Below, piece by piece: positions 1 through 5,880 of a stretch of 8,984 nucleotides of DNA. Position 1 is the first letter of the stretch; each line of letters begins with the position of its first letter. The translations under genes were made by a program, and so were the position numbers. This stretch comes from Octopus sinensis (Eukaryota). The notes under the pieces are model-generated. The model was not told the origin of the DNA. It ran no database searches and saw only the letters and a list, made by a program, of their open reading frames with translations. The stretch lies in contig NW_021828187.1 of assembly GCF_006345805.1 (NCBI RefSeq), positions 1 through 8,984 on the forward strand. Reading direction: 5' to 3'.

Positions 1-67
1 TATAGACAAGTCAAAGCAAATTTTTTTCGATTGAAAGATATTAGAGAAACGTTATAAATATTTATTA

Positions 68-86
68 ATATATATATATATAATAT

Positions 87-145
<59 letters not shown>

Positions 146-179
146 ATATATATATATTACATATATATATAATATATAT
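68..179. repeat. Interrupted (TA)n microsatellite upstream of the GPCR start
   Basis: Directly visible alternating TA with a few single-base interruptions. Confidence 0.95.
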
Positions 180-355
180 GTGAAAAACAAATAAAAAATA
201 ATGGTCATTACATATTACACTTTCATCGGAGCACATTTGGCTTACACACTGTTTCCAGTAGTCGTTATTGGTACATTAGGGATATATAAATATACATATA
301 TATATACATATATAAACACATACATTCATACAAATATAAATATACGTCATTCGAG

Positions 356-652
356 ATGGAGGAGGAAATTGATTTTTACTCGGATTTATCTACAAATACT
401 TCTAATACGAACGATAGCGAAAGTGAAGAATACACATACGACTATCACGCTTCAATCAGCACACTACCTCTCTTGGAATTGATACCAGTGGCTATTATGT
501 ACGGTCTGACTTTAATTCTCGGAGTAACTGGTAATGCATTGGTTATATTCTCCATAGCACATTACCGAAGAATGAGAACGCTCACAAATATTTTCCTTCT
601 CAGTTTGGCATCGGCTGATCTTCTTCTCATCGTTCTTTGTGTTCCAATAAAG
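356..652 (+). CDS. First coding exon of a class A (rhodopsin-like) GPCR, probable neuropeptide receptor (N-terminus, TM1, ICL1, TM2); the gene continues beyond the window
   Basis: ATG at 356 in good context (gagATGg), with an in-frame upstream stop TAA at 287-289. The 99-aa translation has an acidic N-terminus with sequons N14-T-S and N19-D-S, hydrophobic TM1 containing GN (N60 = 1.50), basic ICL1 (RRMRTLTN), and TM2 with LASAD (D88 = 2.50) and CVP (P97 = 2.59). Receptor-like sequence ends at AAG|GTAAGC. The ligand subfamily cannot be assigned from TM1-2 alone. Confidence 0.93.
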
Positions 653-658
653 GTAAGC
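650..658 (+). other. 5' splice donor (phase 0) ending GPCR coding exon 1
   Basis: AAG|GTAAGC is a near-consensus donor (consensus MAG|GTRAGT) and falls at the codon boundary after CVPIK, where receptor-like sequence stops. Confidence 0.9.
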
Positions 659-714
659 AAAGCGTTTCATAATTTGCTGTATAATACAATAAATCTTGTT
701 TTGTTCGATGTTAC

Positions 715-738
715 TGTTGTTGTTGTTGTTGTTGTTGT
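715..738 (+). repeat. (TGT)8 trinucleotide microsatellite
   Basis: Eight perfect TGT units, followed by degenerate GTT-rich sequence to about 770. Confidence 0.95.
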
Positions 739-1159
739 AAGTATTGTTGACGCTGCTGTTACTGTTATTTCTCTTGTCAGACTTGACTGGTCAAAGTTAT
801 GATCAAACATTCCAGTTCATGGCCCCTCTCCTTCCTTTCAACTTTTCTCGAAAATGGCGATATGAGGATATGTTTCGTTTATTTATTTATTTAAACAAAT
901 ACGTACGATCTAAGGAAGATTTTATTGTTTATTTAAAGAAGCCGTAGCTACCACGTACACACCTCTAACTTTGGCTATCTTTCTCCTTTCCTCTTTCTTC
1001 TTTGATATATGAACGCATCTTTATTTCAGCCAATATCCTACGCAAACATTTAAGAGTGCGTCGGAGGAAAGACCATGAAATTGATTAATAACGTCTCAAT
1101 CATCCGTACATTTAAACCTCTGGCACAAATCCCGCTGTTTACGCAAACGCAACCGCACA

Positions 1160-1177
1160 CTTACACACTCTCACACA

Positions 1178-1222
<45 letters not shown>

Positions 1223-1320
1223 CTATACACAAACACACACAGTATTTCTTTCTTACCTTTACTCTCTCTCTCACACTTTCTTTCCTACTCTCTCACGCTT
1301 ACACAATCATTCTTTCTTCT
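1160..1320. repeat. Compound CA/CT microsatellite including (TC)15 at 1181-1210
   Basis: Directly visible dinucleotide tracts. Confidence 0.9.
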
Positions 1321-1452
1321 CTTCTCTCTCTCTCTCACAGACTTTCTCTCTTCTCTCTCTCTCTCACAGACTTTCTCTCTTCTCTCTCTCTCTCACAGAC
1401 TGTCTCTCTTCTCCCTCTCACACACAGATTTTCTCTCTTCTCTCTCTCTCTC
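1321..1452 (+). repeat. 29-bp minisatellite, about 4.5 copies (cttctctctctctctcacagactttctct)
   Basis: The CACAG motif ends at 1340, 1369, 1398 and 1427, an exact 29-nt period. Copies 1-2 are identical and copies 3-4 are more diverged. Confidence 0.9.
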
Positions 1453-1844
1453 ATGCTTTTTTCCTCTGCTTCTTTTCAATACCATCTCTTCTAAACGCTG
1501 TCTTGTTGTGTAAACCTCTAGCTAAGGTCATCTGATACACACATCCATTTCTTCTCTCGTTACTCATGCGGTGCCTTGCCTTGTCTTGCCTTTCCAGATA
1601 CACTACAGAGCAATTTTTCTCCAACTCTCTTCACATTTGGCTACCTCTTTGGAAATCCTGCCTGGTACACATATTTTCTTTTCTTTCTGCAGTCCTTGAT
1701 GTAGAAAATCTAAAACTTATTAATATCTCCTTTGCTGAAAAATAGAGGTACCTCGCAAGGATCAGCCCCTCTGCATTTATTTTTCTAACTAAACTGAAGG
1801 TCGTGTCTACATTTCTTTCTGTCCATCATCAACGCAGCTGAAAA

Positions 1845-1920
1845 GATGACGAGTTGGCCGAATCGTTAACACATTAGAAAAAAATGCTTTGAGGCATTAG
1901 TTACAGTTTCAAGTTTAAAT
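1845..1920 (+). mobile_element. Older, diverged 5' head of the same tRNA-derived SINE family
   Basis: cgagttggccgaatcgttaacac matches the younger head cgagctggcagaatcgttagcac at 20/23. It is followed by the shared aaatgctttg(a/c)gg(c/t)att and a decayed B-box region (gtttcaagtttaaat vs gttctgagttcaaat). Confidence 0.75.
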
Positions 1921-2336
1921 GCGGCGAGCTGGCAGAATCGTTAGCACGCCTGGCGAAATGCTTTGCGGTATTTCGTCTGCCGCTATGTTCTGAGTTCAAA
2001 TTCCGCCGAGGTCGACTTTGCCTTTCGTCCTTTTGGGGTCTACAAATCAAGTACTAGTTACGCACTGGGGTCGATGTTATCGACTTAATGCCTTTGTCTG
2101 TCCTTGTTTGTCCCTTCTGTGTTTAGCCCCTTGTGGGTAATAAAGACATAGGTATTTCGTCTGCCGCTACGTTCTGAGTTCAAATTCCGCCGAGGTCGAC
2201 TTTGCCTTTCATTCTTTCGGGGTCGATTAAATAGGCACCAGTTACGCACTGGGATCGATGTAATCGACTTAATCCGTTTGTTCTTGTTTGTCCCCTCTGT
2301 GTTTAGCTCCTTGTGGGTAGTAAAGAAATAGGTATT
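1920..2336 (+). mobile_element. tRNA-derived SINE: one head plus two tandem bodies (1967-2150, 2151-2330)
   Basis: Pol III A-box-like TGGCAGAATCGT at 1930-1941 and B-box GTTCAAATTC at 1994-2003, repeated at 2178-2187. The 5' (G)GCGG is complementary to CCGCC after the B box, as in a tRNA acceptor stem. The two bodies are about 88% identical (my hand count: 21 substitutions plus one 4-nt gap). From memory this resembles abundant Octopus SINEs with a Deu/Nin-type central domain; the family name is unverified. Confidence 0.88.
1930..2003 (+). promoter_or_regulatory. Internal RNA polymerase III type-2 promoter (A box 1930-1941, B box 1994-2003) of the SINE
   Basis: Matches the TRGCNNARYNNG-like and GTTCRANNC-like consensus boxes in the correct order. 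Activity is not shown. Confidence 0.65.
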
Positions 2337-2443
2337 AGTTTCAGTTCAAGTCCCGCCGTGATTAACTTCACCTTCCCTCACCCAGGGATCAATAACAGTG
2401 CCAGTCTTGTGCTGGAGTCAATGGAGTCGACTAATCCCTCCTC
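2331..2443 (+). mobile_element. Older, diverged SINE body fragment
   Basis: agttcaagtcccgccgtgattaacttcacc...ccagtcttgtgctggagtcaatggagtcgactaatcc aligns colinearly with the young body at roughly 70% by eye. B box GTTCAAGTCC at 2344-2353. The 3' tail differs from that of the young bodies. Confidence 0.75.
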
Positions 2444-2629
2444 TTAGGTAACAATTTTTAAGGTAGGTAGAGTGTCATTAACGCCGGTGGTGTTTTGTTT
2501 CACATCTCTTCCTTACGCGATCGAATCTAAAGAGACTTTACACATTAGAAATATCTCAAACATCTACCAGGGTTATTGAAAGAAGAGAAATGTTAAGTAG
2601 TGGGCATAAGTGTCTTGTTTTATTTGGTT

Positions 2630-2759
2630 GTCTACGATGCTCCCCAATTACTTCTGCTTGTGATCAGAGATGCACATATCGTTAACCACCCCTGGACATG
2701 CTCAACGTTTTAAGGTCAAACAACTGACAAGCAAATCTGTGGTATTAAGTAGAATATTT
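2630..2759. mobile_element. Possible fragment of an interspersed repeat (unclassified)
   Basis: The stretch ctgcttgtgatcagagatgcacatatcg...aaggtcaaacaactgacaagcaaatctgtggtatt resembles a sequence I recall recurring in Octopus genomic DNA. There is no second copy in this window, so this rests on recall only and needs a genome BLAST. Confidence 0.35.
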
Positions 2760-2772
2760 ACAATTTTATCAC

Positions 2773-3199
2773 ATATATATATATAATAAATGCATATGTA
2801 TATATATATGCATTTGTTATTTTAGTACTTCTCGCGATTTTTTTTATTTCATATTATATATATATATAATATATAAATTATATTTATCATATCTATATAT
2901 ATATATAATATATAGATATATATATATATATATATAACATATATACATGTACTTACGTAATATATATAGATGTGTGAGGCTAATTGTATGTGTGTTTTAA
3001 TATATATTAGATACGTACCTGTATATAAATATATGTATGAATATGTGTATATATGTGTGTGAGTCTGCATGTGTAACTCTACATTCATAAAAATGAATAT
3101 ATAGAAAGTTATACACATATAGATAGATTGATGATTAGGGGGAGAGACAGACAGATATACAGAAAGAGGTTGAAAGATTAGTAGATAGGTATATATATG

Positions 3200-3230
<31 letters not shown>

Positions 3231-3270
3231 ATGTATGTACTTTTTGTATGTATGCATGTGTGTGTGTGTT
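2773..3270. repeat. Compound TA / TAGA / TG microsatellite region
   Basis: Directly visible: degenerate TA tracts at 2773-2810 and 2850-3060, GA/TAGA-rich sequence at about 3120-3190, and TA then (TG)n at 3190-3270. Confidence 0.88.
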
Positions 3271-3904
3271 TATCTGTAGATCTTTAAATGCGATGCAAGT
3301 CCACATTTTGTGGGGAATAATATGCCTGTATACTTAAAGTATGATTTGATTTTTATACGTTTTCCATATTTGTATTTCAATAAATATATACATTCTATAC
3401 AAATACGCATTCCTAAACTCATAAATATAAATATATTCACGGAAATGCGAACATTTTGATACGTCTCAACGTATCTATTTCTTATAAATGAAACATTAGT
3501 TGCCACTGAAATTGTGAACTGAGGTGTGCATACATTTTTGTGAAAGCATCCTTAAATGCTGAATATTTATTGAAATTTATATGGTACCTGTGGTTGGTAG
3601 CCAGAACCAAATCATCGTCTTTCATTATATTTGTGAAATCAACAGTGGTCTCATTTTTTTTTGTGTTTGAAGGTTTGAAGATATTTCAGACAGAATAAGT
3701 CGTGTAATATATCTAGTAATATATCATATATATTATTTGAAGCTTAGAGCGATAAGTATAAGTACTGGATTATGAATATATCTTTGGGAATGTATTGAAA
3801 TCCATCAATCGAAGCAGAACGAACTGGAATCAGGACTTGTTGAATTATTCAACATTGACGAATTCTGTTCTGAAAGGAGCAGCCACTTAGTTTATATCCA
3901 CTTG

Positions 3905-3947
3905 AAGAGAGCGCGAGAGGGAGAACGAGAGAGAGAGGGGGAGAGGG
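3905..3947. repeat. GA-rich degenerate microsatellite
   Basis: gaagagagcgcgagagggagaacgagagagagagggggagagg is directly visible. Confidence 0.75.
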
Positions 3948-4786
3948 TGATGAAAGACCACACCTGTATTGTTCGGACACCACCTGACATCACACTAATG
4001 TCAATTAAAATAGATATATTGCAGTCATTATGTCACGTTCCAATTTCTTTTCAGTTGAATCTTTCATTCCTTCTTACCATCAGATTTCAAGGGAGCTGCA
4101 TTGGAAATCATTAATGCTGTAATTCAATCACAAGCCACAACGGATTCCTTTCAGATCCACGGTTCTTTTCTTATCTCATTATTACCGAACAGCCATGCAG
4201 TCCGCCATATTTGTTGCTCTTGTTTATTACCTTCTCTTCTCTCCCAGAATTCATACATCGCTGTTGCTATCTCTTTCATAAGTTTTAGCTGCGAGTGTAG
4301 CTGTTACCATCATATCTCTATTGTAGCTACGGATATCGATGTAGCTGTTATCTCATTCATAACTTATCGCATAAGATATGGCTGCCATTGTTATTTTCAT
4401 TTTATGTAACTGTTACATGAGTTTCGTCGTTTGCTTTTTGCTTGTTTCCTTTCCTTTTATTCAAATTTTGTGCATCAATGATGCTGCAGCTATCCTATGG
4501 GATCATCAGCATCAAAGCAAACCGATCAGTTAGCAAACTTGTAATTATTTATATCACATCTAGCTCTCACTGCTTCTTGCAGCGTGATGTTTTATCGATA
4601 TATCTATCTATACTGTATTCACCTATTCAACTATTTCATTCATATACATCTGATAACAGAGTCTTAGATCTGGAACCTTCTTCCCTTCGTATGTTTATTT
4701 TACCTCTTACAACGACTGTTTTACGAACATGTTTTCAATCTATCTGCAGTCTCCTTTCTAAACTTTTCTTACGTTACTCAGAAAAC

Positions 4787-5275
4787 GTTGGGTGCCGGTG
4801 TTTCGCCTTTCCCTATTCACTGTCTTCGCCGCTTGACATTTTTATAGAGAACCAATTTCTCGCCACCTGTCGCTATTCAACCCCAAAAAGTTCATTCGAT
4901 ATGCGTGACAGCAAAGAAGAGCATACATTCACTCTCTGCGCGCTATTAGACTCGGAAAGTTTACGAAGAACCCATAGACACAATTTGCTGACTTTTACGA
5001 TGGCAAGCAGGCTGTCGGTGAATAGTTGAATGACCAAACCCAAGCATCTCTACTAGTTCCTCAAAAGTTACGATGGGATTTTGTTCCACCTCGTCGAGCT
5101 CTACAGATCTTCCAGGACGTGGTTCGTCTTCTAGGAACCATCGTTGAAACTGGTTTACGCTTATTGTCCGATCCCCATATACTGCTTTAATATTCCTCGC
5201 ACTTTCCGTTGAGTCGTTGCCTTTATTGAACTCATAAAGCAAAATATGCCGAATATGCTCCTTTGTCACTTCCAT
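4787..5275 (-). pseudogene. Mariner transposase pseudogene (N-terminal HTH region to just past the first catalytic residue)
   Basis: MEVTKEHIRHILLYEFNKG...QRWF/LEDEPRPGRS...HSTIHR. After a frameshift near 5011 it reads AIVKVSKLCLWVLRKLSESNSAQRVNVCSSLLSR (decayed WVPHEL motif). After a second frameshift near 4880 it reads IATGGEKLVLYKNVKRRRQ*IGKGETPAP (decayed VTGDEKW motif, catalytic D>G at 4862-4864, stop at 4817-4819). Confidence 0.93.
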
Positions 5276-5436
5276 TATAGCTTTGACAGGAATACTGTTA
5301 AAATCGAACTGCTCTCCCCAAAACTTGCACAGAGAATATGGAAAAATGGGTAAAATTACTACCTGCTTTTATACCAAGTTAATGCAGATAGTTTATCCCG
5401 TACCCCCTCCGACTTTTAGTTTCATGCAACTGAAAA

Positions 5437-5466
5437 AAAAACCGCATTATTTATGGGATGACCCAA
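5437..5466 (-). repeat. 5' terminal inverted repeat of the mariner element
   Basis: The reverse complement reads TTGGGTCATCCCATAAATAATGCGGTTTTT and abuts a TA dinucleotide inside TA-rich sequence. Confidence 0.8.
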
Positions 5467-5507
5467 TACATATATATTTGTGCATATATATATATATAAA
5501 GGGTAAA

Positions 5508-5764
5508 ATATTCACCACATCAAAGTGGATGTTGCGTTAGAACACACAATACGTCGATATATACTAAGACAGAAATTCTCATATGGTTTTAAGATGCATA
5601 AAAGCATATCACAGTTAACGCCACCATAGACAATAACCCCCACTTCCACTGGTGATAACCATCACGTGCCTTTATGCACCGGAAACCCATATGAGACTTC
5701 CTCTCTTTGTAAATATCGTAGTATTGTGTGTTCAAAGGCATCATCCCCTTTTAATGGTGAATAT
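5508..5764. repeat. Long imperfect inverted repeat (foldback; MITE-like), arms 5508-5623 and 5650-5764, 26-nt spacer
   Basis: Hand alignment of the left arm to the reverse complement of the right arm gives 90/116 matches (78%) with one 1-nt gap, including the perfect blocks gaacacacaatac/gtattgtgtgttc and atattcacca/tggtgaatat. Weak extension to about 5498/5774. Confidence 0.9.
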
Positions 5765-5804
5765 CTTAGCTTTTGGCATTAAAACTGCTTTTACTCTCTC
5801 TCTT

Positions 5805-5880
<76 letters not shown>

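Larger units (their letters stand above)
4787..5466 (-). mobile_element. 3'-truncated mariner (Tc1/mariner superfamily) DNA transposon relic, antisense to the GPCR
   Basis: The minus strand starts TA|TTGGGTCATCCCATAAATAATGCGGTTTTT, similar to the Hsmar1-type TIR (TTAGGTTGGTGCAAAAGTAATTGCGGTT), with a TA target at 5467-5468. About 190 nt of leader is followed by transposase homology that stops near 4787. I found no second TIR. Confidence 0.92.

Noticed and set aside
341-350. CRE half-site-like TACGTCA just upstream of the ATG
   Set aside because: A single half-site, probably within the 5' UTR, and expected by chance.
653-802. Treating the whole 356-802 ORF (148 aa) as the gene product
   Set aside because: Receptor motifs stop at a consensus donor at 652/653, and the remainder is intron with a GTT repeat. 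It is kept only as a speculative retained-intron isoform.
1075-1494. 139-aa ORF rich in Leu/Ser/His/Thr
   Set aside because: It is a translation of CT/CA microsatellites and the 29-bp minisatellite.
1572-1699. Strong-looking acceptor (ttgtcttgcctttccag, AG 1596-1597) as possible GPCR exon 2
   Set aside because: The phase-0 translation IHYRAIFLQLSSHL...FCSP* has no ECL1/TM3 features and stops after 33 codons.
1967-2336. Tandem ~180-bp units as a CRISPR-like array or a tRNA gene cluster
   Set aside because: There is no repeat-spacer alternation, the context is eukaryotic, and the A-B region does not form a canonical anticodon arm. A SINE explains it.
3458-3475. Small hairpins (gatacgt-ctca-acgtatc; also ccaca-ttt-tgtgg at 3301-3313)
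   Set aside because: Stems of 5-7 bp are expected by chance in AT-rich DNA.
3815-3872. 17-bp palindrome tgttgaat-t-attcaaca (3838-3854) within a loose hairpin, as a possible pre-miRNA
   Set aside because: The outer stem has too many bulges and the loop is too tight for a Drosha/Dicer substrate. An 8-bp AT-rich palindrome is near chance expectation.
4030-4125. Acceptor-like AGs at about 4055 and 4082 as possible exon 2 starts
   Set aside because: The phase-0 translations (LNLSFLLTIRFQGSCIGNH*, ISRELHWKSLML*) stop quickly and lack GPCR motifs.
4961-5275. 104-aa minus-strand ORF as a functional or domesticated transposase
   Set aside because: It has internal deletions in the HTH region and a frameshift after residue 87. 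The downstream catalytic region is frameshifted, mutated and truncated.
5498-5780. piggyBac-like terminus motifs (aaagggtaaa at left, ttagcttttggcatt at right) at the palindrome edges
   Set aside because: The matches to GGG|TTAA and TTAA|CCC are imperfect and face outward, the wrong orientation for a piggyBac MITE enclosing the palindrome.
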